From: Methanobacteriota archaeon | GTDB taxonomy: Archaea > Thermoplasmatota > Poseidoniia > Poseidoniales > Poseidoniaceae | Assembly (NCBI GenBank): GCA_002722695.1 | Contig: PBMS01000029.1 | Location: 5,724-69,723, forward strand | Length of the DNA: 64,000 nt | Direction: 5' to 3' | Shown here: positions 10,150-18,876 of the stretch, in pieces | Numbering within the stretch: the stretch's first letter is position 1 | Layout: every line of letters starts with the position of its first letter | The notes under the pieces: generated by a model | What the model saw: only the letters and a program-made list of their open reading frames with translations | Databases searched by the model: none | Told to the model about the DNA's origin: nothing | Position numbers and translations under genes: made by a program

Positions 10150-11430
10150 ATGCATCAAGCGGTTCGACCTGTGGACGCATCGGCCGTGGGTTTGGTCGAG
10201 CAGGCGCAAGACGCCACGGCACCACCGGGTTTGCTGTTCCACCACGCCAACGAAGGACGCCCACTCGCCACACCGTGGCAAATCGCCGCCCTCCGGGCCC
10301 AAGCTCTGCGAGAACACGACCTTGCGAACGGGTTCATTCTCGATTGCGCCTGCGGCAGTGGCATCCAACTCGCTGCATACGCAGCAACCCTCCAGCGACC
10401 CGTTCTGGGCGTTGAACTGGCACCAGAACGCGCCCAAGCAAGCGCTGTGAATGTGCGCTCGGTCGCCGCTCACACCAGGTCCATGGACGAGGCTTGGTTC
10501 CTGAACAGTTTCGTCGTTTGTGGGGACGGTACGGACGCAGAGGGCGTGCTTTCTTCCCTCGGAGAAGGAAGGTTCAGCGTATCGTTTCTCCACCTCGATC
10601 CCGCCCGTCCTCGAAACAGCAGAACACACGCGCTCGAGGAAATGCAACCGCCGTTGCATCGTGTTCTCGAGGGTTGGGCGCCGTACTTGGACGACCCGGC
10701 CCTTCTGTTGGATCTCTCGCCTCGGCTGACCTCCGACCAGCGAGACGAAGTTGAAACCATCGTCGATGCTGTTTGGCCAGGCGTTCAGCGCACGTGGGAA
10801 TGGACCTCTCGAGGAAGGGGGCGCGTTGACCGATTGGCGCTTTGGTTGGGGCGGGTTGCCGATCCCTCAGCTGCACGTCGGTTTGTTCGTGTACCGTCTT
10901 CGCTGGCCGACGCCCCGGTGGTGTTGACCAGCGCGGCCACTCCAGAAGCCATTGAGGCAAGGCATCACCCGCCTCAACGTGGGGAACACGTCAGCATCCT
11001 CGACGCAGCTCTGATGGAAAGCGGACTGATGACCGAGTGGCTGCGCATCGCCGCACCGGACGATGTCGGTCGCTGGGCGTGCGTGGAGGGGCGTCGCCCG
11101 CAGTTGCATCACGACCGACCGCTCCGATTGGATTCAGGCAGCCGCACGTTGGTGCAAGCCACTGGAAAAGTGGTGGAATTGCTGAAATTCCCGCTCGACG
11201 AATCCACCGTTGACCGTCTGGTGGAAACGGCGCTGGAACACCGACTCGGCTCGGTGAAATTGCGCTACGACCTCGCCCCGAACTTGCAACCGAAATTGCA
11301 GGGTTCCTTGGACCGACAACTTCGGCGGCGGCACGGTGACCGACAGGGCTTCGTGGCTCAGCATCCACACGGTGAGGTGTTGATGCTCTGTGTTTGTCCC
11401 AGTCCGGCCAGAGAAACCGATTCAATTTGA
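10150..11430 (+). CDS. Class I SAM-dependent methyltransferase, probably an RNA (N-amino) methyltransferase
   Basis: Motif I LDCACGSG and a motif IV-like LHLDPARP (degenerate D/NPPY). No THUMP domain is evident. Confidence 0.5.
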   Translation: MHQAVRPVDASAVGLVEQAQDATAPPGLLFHHANEGRPLATPWQIAALRAQALREHDLANGFILDCACGSGIQLAAYAATLQRPVLGVELAPERAQASAVNVRSVAAHTRSMDEAWFLNSFVVCGDGTDAEGVLSSLGEGRFSVSFLHLDPARPRNSRTHALEEMQPPLHRVLEGWAPYLDDPALLLDLSPRLTSDQRDEVETIVDAVWPGVQRTWEWTSRGRGRVDRLALWLGRVADPSAARRFVRVPSSLADAPVVLTSAATPEAIEARHHPPQRGEHVSILDAALMESGLMTEWLRIAAPDDVGRWACVEGRRPQLHHDRPLRLDSGSRTLVQATGKVVELLKFPLDESTVDRLVETALEHRLGSVKLRYDLAPNLQPKLQGSLDRQLRRRHGDRQGFVAQHPHGEVLMLCVCPSPARETDSI

Positions 11431-11474
11431 CAGGTTTTCAAGGCTCAGTGGCGCGAATCCATCCATCGCGGTCT

Positions 11475-11485
11475 TGATATATGGG
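11475..11485 (+). promoter_or_regulatory. Candidate archaeal TATA box (TTGATATATGG) ~55 nt upstream of the S13 start, with a GAGG Shine-Dalgarno-like element at ~11527
   Basis: An AT-rich element in an otherwise GC-rich intergenic region upstream of the r-protein operon. Confidence 0.3.
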
Positions 11486-11538
11486 AGGTTGGTCGGAGGG
11501 ATGCGTGACACTGTGGTGTTAACGTTGAGGTAGAGGAC

Positions 11539-12006
11539 ATGGCACGACCTAAGGATGCGGACCTTGGTGATGACTTTTCATACATTTTGCGAATGGCCGA
11601 TACCGACATGGACGGCCTGAAGCCCTTGGCAACGGCCTTGACCTCGGTCAAGGGTGTCGGCGCCCGCACCGCCGTTCAAATCTGCAAGAACACCGGATTT
11701 GACCCCTACGCTCTCGCCGGATTCCTCGACACCGAACAGCAAGAAAGTCTGCGTGTCGCGATTGAATCCTACGCCGAGAGCGTGCCCCTTTGGATGCTCA
11801 ACCGGCAGCGAGACCTCGAAACCGGCAACGAAGTTCACCTGACCGGTCAACAAGTCCGATTCACACTTCAAGACGACATCAACCGCCTTCGAACCATGAA
11901 GTGCTACCGCGGTGTCCGCCACGCCTCAGGCAACAAAGTTCGCGGCCAGCGCGGCCGCTCGAACGGCCGTGGTGGCTTGACCTTGGGTGTCAGCCGAAAG
12001 AAGTGA
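11539..12006 (+). CDS. rps13: 30S ribosomal protein S13 (uS13)
   Basis: Typical uS13 sequence (MARPKDADLGDDFSYILRMADTD... KGVGARTAVQIC...). The basic C-terminus is present. Confidence 0.9.
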   Translation: MARPKDADLGDDFSYILRMADTDMDGLKPLATALTSVKGVGARTAVQICKNTGFDPYALAGFLDTEQQESLRVAIESYAESVPLWMLNRQRDLETGNEVHLTGQQVRFTLQDDINRLRTMKCYRGVRHASGNKVRGQRGRSNGRGGLTLGVSRKK

Positions 12007-12021
12007 TGAGGGGGATTTGAC

Positions 12022-12672
12022 ATGGGAGAGCCAAAGTTTTCACGACCCAAGTACGACACGCCTTCTCACCCCTGGAAGGCCGACCGAATTGAGGAAGAGC
12101 ACGCTATTCAAGGCAATCACGGACTCAAAAACATGAAGGAGATCTGGAAGGCCAAGTCCCAACTTCGACGCCACCGACGACAAGCCATGCGACTCATCGG
12201 AAACATCGACACCACCGAAGGCCACGGCAAGCGAGAACGGGAAGATCTTCTCCGCTCGCTGCACCACAAAGGCCTCATCGAGTCCGATGCCGACCTCGGC
12301 GACATTCTCTCTCTGAACACCGAGGATGTCCTCAACCGTCGCCTGCAAGCGCAAGTGTACTACAAGGGACTGGCCTGCACCATGAAGCAAGCTCGCCAGT
12401 TGGTCACGCACGGCCAAATCTGCATCGGCGACCAGAAAATCACCATCCCATCCTACGCAGTTGGCCGAGACGAGGAAGCCGAGCTCCGGTACCACCCCGC
12501 CTCCCCACTCAACGACCCCAACCACCCCATCCGCAAGGCCATTGAAGGTGTGCGAGAAGCAGCCTCCTACGAAGACGAAGACGTCAGCCCTGACGCTACC
12601 GCTGAGTTCGCCGAAGAAGTTCGTGAAGCGGCTGAGGCCTCGACCGAGGCCATTGAAGGGAGCGATGAATGA
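12022..12672 (+). CDS. rps4: 30S ribosomal protein S4 (uS4)
   Basis: An archaeal uS4-like sequence with an S4 RNA-binding domain. The position after S13 is canonical. Confidence 0.9.
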   Translation: MGEPKFSRPKYDTPSHPWKADRIEEEHAIQGNHGLKNMKEIWKAKSQLRRHRRQAMRLIGNIDTTEGHGKREREDLLRSLHHKGLIESDADLGDILSLNTEDVLNRRLQAQVYYKGLACTMKQARQLVTHGQICIGDQKITIPSYAVGRDEEAELRYHPASPLNDPNHPIRKAIEGVREAASYEDEDVSPDATAEFAEEVREAAEASTEAIEGSDE

Positions 12673-13055
12673 TGTCCCGGAAAGCCATTGTGAACATTTT
12701 CAGTTCGTACAACAACATTCTCATGACGGCCACGGACTTGACCGGAGCCGAAACCATCACCACGTGCAACGGCGGCGAAGTTGTGAAGGCCGGCAAGGAC
12801 AAAGGCGGCCAATTTGCAGCCACCCGTGCAGCCGAACGCATGGCTGACGCACTCAAGGACAAAGAATTCAAGGAACTCATCATCAAATATCGCGCCCCCG
12901 GTGGGAACCTCTCCAACAACACCGGTCCAGGAGCCCAAGCTGCCATTCGAGCACTGACCCGTGCCGGCATGACCATCACTCGAATTGAAGACGTGACGCC
13001 CATCGCCCACGACGGAACGAAAAAGAAGGGCGGTCGACGTGGCCGACGTGTCTGA
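12669..13055 (+). CDS. rps11: 30S ribosomal protein S11 (uS11)
   Basis: [28 protein letters not shown]... is typical of uS11. The start overlaps the S4 stop by 4 nt. Confidence 0.9.
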   Translation: MMSRKAIVNIFSSYNNILMTATDLTGAETITTCNGGEVVKAGKDKGGQFAATRAAERMADALKDKEFKELIIKYRAPGGNLSNNTGPGAQAAIRALTRAGMTITRIEDVTPIAHDGTKKKGGRRGRRV

Positions 13056-13064
13056 AAAAAGAAG

Positions 13065-14006
13065 GTGAACTCCATGAAGACCGAGATCGTAGATGGCTGG
13101 CCACAAGGGAACGAAATTCGCATTTTGATCAGCGAAACCAACGCCTCCCAAGTGAACGCCATTCGTCGTGCACTCATCGCTGACGTGCCCAAGCTGGCCA
13201 TTACCCGAGTCGACTTCTCTCAGGGCGTTACGCAAGACAACAAGGGCGAAGTGGTTGAATCCGTGAACGTGCTTCCCGATGAAGTGCTGGCCCACCGACT
13301 TGCCATGATTCCCATCCCGACCAACCTTGAGGAGCCTCTCTATGAACCCAGCCAGTGCATCAACTGTAAAGACGTCATTGAGCGCGACAAGGGATGCCCC
13401 CTGTGCCAAGTGCTCTACACCCTCTCGGCTCGAGGCCCATCGGCGGATTCTGAAGAGGAATTCAAGACGGTGTATGCAGGAGACATCACCACCATTTCAG
13501 ACCCGTACTACGATATCCGGGATGAGCACAAGTCCATTCCGCTCACCGTTCTATCCAAGGGACAGTTTCTCGAGTTCTACGCCTTCGCTGTCGTTGGTCG
13601 AGGTCGCGACCACGCAAAGTGGTCCCCCGTCGCTGCGGTCGGCTTCCAACCTCACCGCATGGCCGTTCTGAACAAGCCCAAGAAGGCCAGCGTGCTGTTC
13701 GAACTTGGATTGACCACCTCTGACGGAACACCCATCAACGCCAAACTTTTCGGCAAGGACAAGAAATTGACCAACGTAAACCATGTCATGGACATCGAGC
13801 AAGCGCTCCATCAAGTGGGTGAAGGCACTGGACGAGACACGGCCTTTGACGATGCCATCACGCTTGAGACGATCGACGATTCGTTCGTGTTTTCGTACGA
13901 GACCGACGGAAGTCTGGACCCCGTGGTCGCCTTCAACGCCGCCCTCGGAGAACTCAAAAACCGATTTGACAATCTTGGCGAGGACTTGATGTCCGCACTC
14001 GCCTGA
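13065..14006 (+). CDS. rpoD: DNA-directed RNA polymerase subunit D (Rpo3)
   Basis: The canonical archaeal position after S11. Residues EIRILISETNASQVNAIRRALIADVPKLAI match the RpoD/Rpb3-like dimerisation domain. Cys motifs CINC...CPLC are present. Confidence 0.85.
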   Translation: MNSMKTEIVDGWPQGNEIRILISETNASQVNAIRRALIADVPKLAITRVDFSQGVTQDNKGEVVESVNVLPDEVLAHRLAMIPIPTNLEEPLYEPSQCINCKDVIERDKGCPLCQVLYTLSARGPSADSEEEFKTVYAGDITTISDPYYDIRDEHKSIPLTVLSKGQFLEFYAFAVVGRGRDHAKWSPVAAVGFQPHRMAVLNKPKKASVLFELGLTTSDGTPINAKLFGKDKKLTNVNHVMDIEQALHQVGEGTGRDTAFDDAITLETIDDSFVFSYETDGSLDPVVAFNAALGELKNRFDNLGEDLMSALA

Positions 14007-14053
14007 AACCTCCAGCGTGGAGTTCATCAGCCAACACCGCCTGGCGTGGAAGC

Positions 14054-15085
14054 ATGACGACCACCGTTCAGCGATGCGGCGGCCATATCACGTTGCTCTT
14101 CACCGTTGACAAGTCGAGTGCGTTGATGCGAAGTCAGGGCAGCAAAGGTGCCGGGTTTTCCATTCACCACGGCGTTGAGGTTACCGCCACCTTGCATCGC
14201 GTCCCCCCAACGTCAACCACGATCATGAACGGGGTTAAACCCGACAAACCTCAGGCACAACGGGAGATTGTCCCGTCCATCATCTCGGTTCAGACCGCTT
14301 CTGGAACGTACATGGAACGCATTGACCTCTATCTCGACTACATTCAGGCCTGCCGAGACGCAACCCTGCTGAAGGAAGACGAATGGCTCACGTTGGACAT
14401 CAGTCTCGAGTGCCCCCTCAGCCAGGGGTTTGGGATGTCGGCCGCAGGACTTGTGGCCGTCGGGCGTGCAGTCCACGCCCTCACTGGACGTGGACGAATC
14501 GTGCAATATCTCAAAATCGCTCACCGAGTTGAGCGAGCGCACGCCGGAGGCTTGGGCGATGTGCTGGGTGTGTCGGTGGGTGGGGTTGAACTTCGACTCG
14601 CACCGGGTGCACCGGGTTGGCCCGGACACGCTGTCGGTTTCGAGGCCGACGCCCCGGTGTTGTTGGCATGGGACCCGCTTGAGGAGCGACACACGTCCAC
14701 CTACATCGACGACCCGGATTGGCAGCGCTCGATCACCCTTGCGGGAGAAAAGGGTGTTGCGGCCCTTGCAGCAGGCCAGTGGACCGCACAACAGTGGCCC
14801 AGTCTTCTGCACGAGGCTCGCCTGTTTGCGACCGGTTCAGGGATGTTGGAGGAAGAGCAACGTGCCCGAATCCATCGAACCGTTCTAGAGGCCGTCCAGC
14901 AGGGAGGCTGGCAGGCCAGCATGGCGGTTCGTCTGTGCATGCTGGGAAGTTCGGTTGCGGTTCTACCTCGACGCTTTGGGAAAGAGCCTGCCCTTGAAGA
15001 GTTGGAAGCGCTGGAACAGCTCGTGCGGGAGCAGGGGTTTTCCTGTCTCATCTCCTCGTTGGCCCCGCTCAATCGTCAGGATTGA
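14054..15085 (+). CDS. GHMP-kinase family protein, pantoate kinase-like
   Basis: The GHMP motif II-like PLSQGFGMSAAGLVA and the N-terminal GGHITLLF resemble the archaeal pantoate kinase HITGFF motif. The assignment is tentative. Confidence 0.4.
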   Translation: MTTTVQRCGGHITLLFTVDKSSALMRSQGSKGAGFSIHHGVEVTATLHRVPPTSTTIMNGVKPDKPQAQREIVPSIISVQTASGTYMERIDLYLDYIQACRDATLLKEDEWLTLDISLECPLSQGFGMSAAGLVAVGRAVHALTGRGRIVQYLKIAHRVERAHAGGLGDVLGVSVGGVELRLAPGAPGWPGHAVGFEADAPVLLAWDPLEERHTSTYIDDPDWQRSITLAGEKGVAALAAGQWTAQQWPSLLHEARLFATGSGMLEEEQRARIHRTVLEAVQQGGWQASMAVRLCMLGSSVAVLPRRFGKEPALEELEALEQLVREQGFSCLISSLAPLNRQD

Positions 15086-16112
15086 GACGGCTGAGATCAA
15101 TGGGGCTGGCGTCGAGCATCAAGACACCCGGCAAAAACAGGTTTTCTGAGAACCCGTGGCGGAACATGATGGCCCCGCTCCCCCACTCCTCAATGTAGCG
15201 ATTCATCTGTTTCTTCATCTTCTTCCTCTGGAACTCCACGTCGGCCCCGTAGAAGTGTTTGGCGTCGATCCACGCAACCGGCTGGTCGTTGATGTAGACA
15301 TGGTCCAAAAACAGCAAGTCCGGTGTTCGAACCGGTCGGCCAAGAAGTTCGGATTGCTCTTTCACCATCTCGGGTTGGCGACGGAGGCGGATGCCTTGAG
15401 CCTCAAACCAATCCGCAAGGATGTCCTCAAACAAATCTGCCTTCACTTGAGTTTCCGATTGATCAACGCTCGAAACGCGATCGACGGCTTCCGCAGCCTC
15501 GAACTCATCCCGCTCCCTCTGCTTCATGGAGGAAGGGTTTCGCAGACTGTCCTTGATGCGTTTTTTTGACCACCCTATCGATTCCAGCACCACCCGGAAC
15601 ACGTTAACTGGAGGAAAATCGTACCGCTTTGACAATTCAACGATTGAGGCACCTGAACGATAGTGTCGAGCCAGTTCTTTGCTCTTGGACTTGAGTCGAT
15701 GGTGAGAATACACCGTTTTCTGCTGGAGCAACGCCGAGCGCAGGGACAAGGCTTGGTCGAGGGTCATGTCCTTCGCATCAAGGGCGTTGGCGATTTCATC
15801 CACGCGCTCGTCGCTCAGCCAGCCAAAATCGCCTCGCTTGACAACCATGCCAGCAACCCGTTCTTCGGCTTTTAGAGACACGGGTTCGGGCGTCCAGGAC
15901 AAATGAAACGTACGTGGTGCGTCCATGCCCTCGGGAAAGGCCATCGGGGAGGGGCGGCGTTCAAAACGCTGCTCTGCAACCTCGTTCATGCTGCGAATCT
16001 CTGAAGCAAAGCGTTCCATTTGGTGAACTCGTTTCGGTCCACCGTATCGCCGTTGCGAGGACGAACCGCGTCGCTGCTTTTGCCTTCGACGCTGGCCGTT
16101 TGAGTCACTCAT
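15069..16112 (-). CDS. PD-(D/E)XK nuclease-fold protein with N-terminal HTH-like region (CDIN1/C15orf41-like)
   Basis: The C-terminal PDLLFLD ... IDAKHFYG matches a D...(D/E)xK nuclease core, preceded by helical HTH-like segments. Start set at MSDSNGQ, internal to the 421-aa ORF whose N-terminal extension looks non-coding. Confidence 0.35.
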   Translation of the reverse strand: MSDSNGQRRRQKQRRGSSSQRRYGGPKRVHQMERFASEIRSMNEVAEQRFERRPSPMAFPEGMDAPRTFHLSWTPEPVSLKAEERVAGMVVKRGDFGWLSDERVDEIANALDAKDMTLDQALSLRSALLQQKTVYSHHRLKSKSKELARHYRSGASIVELSKRYDFPPVNVFRVVLESIGWSKKRIKDSLRNPSSMKQRERDEFEAAEAVDRVSSVDQSETQVKADLFEDILADWFEAQGIRLRRQPEMVKEQSELLGRPVRTPDLLFLDHVYINDQPVAWIDAKHFYGADVEFQRKKMKKQMNRYIEEWGSGAIMFRHGFSENLFLPGVLMLDASPIDLSRLNPDD

Positions 16113-16179
16113 GTTGGCCGCTTTGGCCGACACCCAATGAAGGCTCCCCTGCGCTTGGACGGTTACACGACGGGTTCTT

Positions 16180-18876
16180 ATGGCAGAGCAGGTTGGTGAA
16201 ATCATGAGATTCAGCGCCCTCTTTGCAGCGGTGGCTGTCTGCCTGCTGACCCTCGCTCCTCTCTCAACTTTTGAAACGGTGAGCGAGGAGAGGACGCTGG
16301 ACTCCAAACCTGTGATGCGGACCAATTCCGACAACCTAAGCGGTTGGCTGGCAAGCGCTGGCGGCTCAAGCTCAGAACGGGTTCAGGCCATGGTCCCCCT
16401 CCCAAACGGAAGCATGATCGTTGCGGGGATGTTTGAACAGAACATTGAATTCTACGGCGATGTTATCGGCTACTCGAGCAACGATTCCACGTTTGGCATC
16501 GACTTGTTCCTTGCATGGATCGACAGCAACGGCACGTGGACCGAGACCTTGTCCGCATCGAGCAGCGGACTGGACGGTATCGACGCCATGGGGCGTCTCA
16601 GCGATGGAAACGTGGTCGTCACCGGCACGTTTTGCGGCATGACGAAAGGGGATGCGTGCAACATGACGCTCGGTGGACTTGAACCGCTCAACAAATCGAA
16701 CGACGACGACGAGAACGCTGTTTTCGTGGCGGCCATGACGCCAACGGGTGGATGGATGTGGGCCACCTCCTTTTCCAACAACTACCAAATGTCGGTGATG
16801 GATTTACTCATCACGCCCAACGATGAGATCCACCTCGCGCTTCTCCACCGAGACACGTTGATGTCGGGTGATGATGTCGCCCCGGGAAGCCTCTCGGAGG
16901 ACACCGTTGCGGTCCTGATGCTCGACAGCAGTGGAAACCACATGCACATGAACACCGTGTTTTCAAGCGAGAGTCTCGAGGGGTTGGGCTCTCTGTGCAT
17001 GGATTACACCGGCCAAACCTACTTCGCAACCAGTTTCCTTGGCTCGATCAACTTTGGCGATCACGCCCTGACGAGCTTCGGAGGCTCCCACATCGCTGTT
17101 GGTCAATACAACTCAGGTGGCTGGCTTTGGGCCAGCGGGGCGGGCGGTACCAGCGATGCTTCCGTTGCGGATTGCGACGGTCGAAACAGCGGCGGTGTCG
17201 CCATTGTGGGCGATTTCATGCAAAATCTCACGTTTGGTGGGATTGAAATCAGCCCGTCGGTATGGGTTGATTTCTACGAAGCGCATGTTTCCTCAGACGG
17301 TACGTGGTTGCACGCCACCGGTTTTGGAGGCACGGGCGCAGACCATGCCACGGCCATCCACATCACCGAACAGGGCGATTCCATCGTTCTTGGGAAAACG
17401 ACCGGGACCATCGCCCTCGGAGAGTACACCCTGGCCGACATCGACGGGTTCAACGACGGAAACCATCACGATCTCTTCCTCGCCCGGCGCCAAGCCAACA
17501 GCACTTGGGATTGGGCGCTCTCGGCAGGAGGAGGGGGCGATGACCTGCCGGCCATGTTGAGCATGAGCGCCACCGGTTCTCCTGTGGTCGCCTTTGTTTC
17601 AAACGACGACGGAACCTACGGCGCCCACGACTTCACCCAGCGACAAGGCTACGATCTTGGTGTTTGGATGTACGAAACCGACCTTGACCTCGACGGTGTG
17701 CTGGACGGACTGGACAACTGTCCAAACACCGTCAACAGCGATCAAGCCAACCTTGACAACGATGCCTACGGGGATGCTTGCGACGACGATGACGACGGCG
17801 ACGGCGTGATGAACGACATGGACGATTGCCCAACCGGCGAGGTCGGGTGGGTGGCCAACGGGATTTCGGATCACGACAGCGATGGATGCAAAGACATCAC
17901 AGAAGACCTTGACGACGACGAAGACGGGGTCTTCGACGAGTACGATGCGTGCCCCAAAGGCCCGATTGGTTGGGTGTCAAACGAAGAGACCGACATTGAA
18001 TCGGACGGCTGTTCAGACCAAGACAACGATGAGGACGGCTTCGTTGATCAAGCCGACAACTGTCCGAGCGTGGCCAACCCCACCCAAGCCGATTTGGACA
18101 ACGATGGACTTGGCGATGCATGCGACGACGACAAAGACGGCGACGGCGTTTCTGTCCCCGACGACAACTGCCCCAACGACATTCAATCATGGGTTTCGTT
18201 TGAGTGGAACGACTACGACAGGGACGGGTGTCTTGATGAGACGTTAGACGAAGACGACGACGACGATTCGGTGTTGGACACCAACGACGCCTGCCCTCTT
18301 GGAGAAAAAAATTGGGGCGATGAGGCTGCGGCACTGGACAACGATGGCGACGGATGCCACGACGACCTTGAGGACAACGACGACGACCAAGACGGCGTAA
18401 AAGACCCCATCGATCGGTGCCCTCGCGGACTAATCGGCCCTGCGCAACCGGGACAAGACAACGACGGGGACGGCTGCATCGATGCTGTGGAAGACGATGA
18501 CGACGACCAAGACGGTGTGCTGGATCCGATGGATGACTGCCCCAACACGGACCTTTCCGAGTCGGTCTCACTCAATGGATGCAGCCAATACCAACTGGAC
18601 GGTGACAACGACGGCGTGGTCAACGCGTACGACTACTGCCTGAATTCGCCCGCGGGCAGCACGGTCAACGAACGCGGCTGCGAAACCAACCAGGTCGATG
18701 CCGCAAGTGATGCTCAAGGCGACGGGATAAGCCCGGCAACCGTCGTGTTCATCCTTGCCGCAGGCGTGGTGGTGTACGCCGTGTACAGCAACGCTCAACG
18801 ACCGGGGCCCCCGCTGCCGAAACCGGAAACATTTGCGATTCCACCGCGCCCCACGGTCATGGACGAAGAGGCCTGA
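16180..18876 (+). CDS. Large secreted/membrane-anchored surface protein with an N-terminal signal peptide, beta-rich repeats, many thrombospondin type-3 (Ca-binding) repeats and a C-terminal TM anchor
   Basis: Signal-like FSALFAAVAVCLLTLAP. There are more than 12 copies of DxDxDGxxDxxDxC-type motifs (DLDNDGLGDACDDDKDGDGV etc.). C-terminal TM segment VVFILAAGVVVYAV. Confidence 0.7.
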   Translation: MAEQVGEIMRFSALFAAVAVCLLTLAPLSTFETVSEERTLDSKPVMRTNSDNLSGWLASAGGSSSERVQAMVPLPNGSMIVAGMFEQNIEFYGDVIGYSSNDSTFGIDLFLAWIDSNGTWTETLSASSSGLDGIDAMGRLSDGNVVVTGTFCGMTKGDACNMTLGGLEPLNKSNDDDENAVFVAAMTPTGGWMWATSFSNNYQMSVMDLLITPNDEIHLALLHRDTLMSGDDVAPGSLSEDTVAVLMLDSSGNHMHMNTVFSSESLEGLGSLCMDYTGQTYFATSFLGSINFGDHALTSFGGSHIAVGQYNSGGWLWASGAGGTSDASVADCDGRNSGGVAIVGDFMQNLTFGGIEISPSVWVDFYEAHVSSDGTWLHATGFGGTGADHATAIHITEQGDSIVLGKTTGTIALGEYTLADIDGFNDGNHHDLFLARRQANSTWDWALSAGGGGDDLPAMLSMSATGSPVVAFVSNDDGTYGAHDFTQRQGYDLGVWMYETDLDLDGVLDGLDNCPNTVNSDQANLDNDAYGDACDDDDDGDGVMNDMDDCPTGEVGWVANGISDHDSDGCKDITEDLDDDEDGVFDEYDACPKGPIGWVSNEETDIESDGCSDQDNDEDGFVDQADNCPSVANPTQADLDNDGLGDACDDDKDGDGVSVPDDNCPNDIQSWVSFEWNDYDRDGCLDETLDEDDDDDSVLDTNDACPLGEKNWGDEAAALDNDGDGCHDDLEDNDDDQDGVKDPIDRCPRGLIGPAQPGQDNDGDGCIDAVEDDDDDQDGVLDPMDDCPNTDLSESVSLNGCSQYQLDGDNDGVVNAYDYCLNSPAGSTVNERGCETNQVDAASDAQGDGISPATVVFILAAGVVVYAVYSNAQRPGPPLPKPETFAIPPRPTVMDEEA

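Noticed and set aside
9460-10659. 399-aa minus-strand ORF overlapping pyrE and the methyltransferase gene
   Set aside because: It is antisense to two plus-strand genes with clear motifs (PRPP-binding, SAM motif I). Its own translation is Arg/Gly-rich without motifs.
12567-13409. 280-aa and 201-aa minus-strand ORFs overlapping the S11 and rpoD genes
   Set aside because: They are antisense to universally conserved ribosomal/RNAP genes. GC-driven open frames.
16211-18623. Several minus-strand ORFs (e.g. 17897..18571, 18213..18623) within the 898-aa surface protein gene
   Set aside because: They are antisense frames of the Asp-codon-rich repeats, giving Ser/Arg-rich translations. Not supported.
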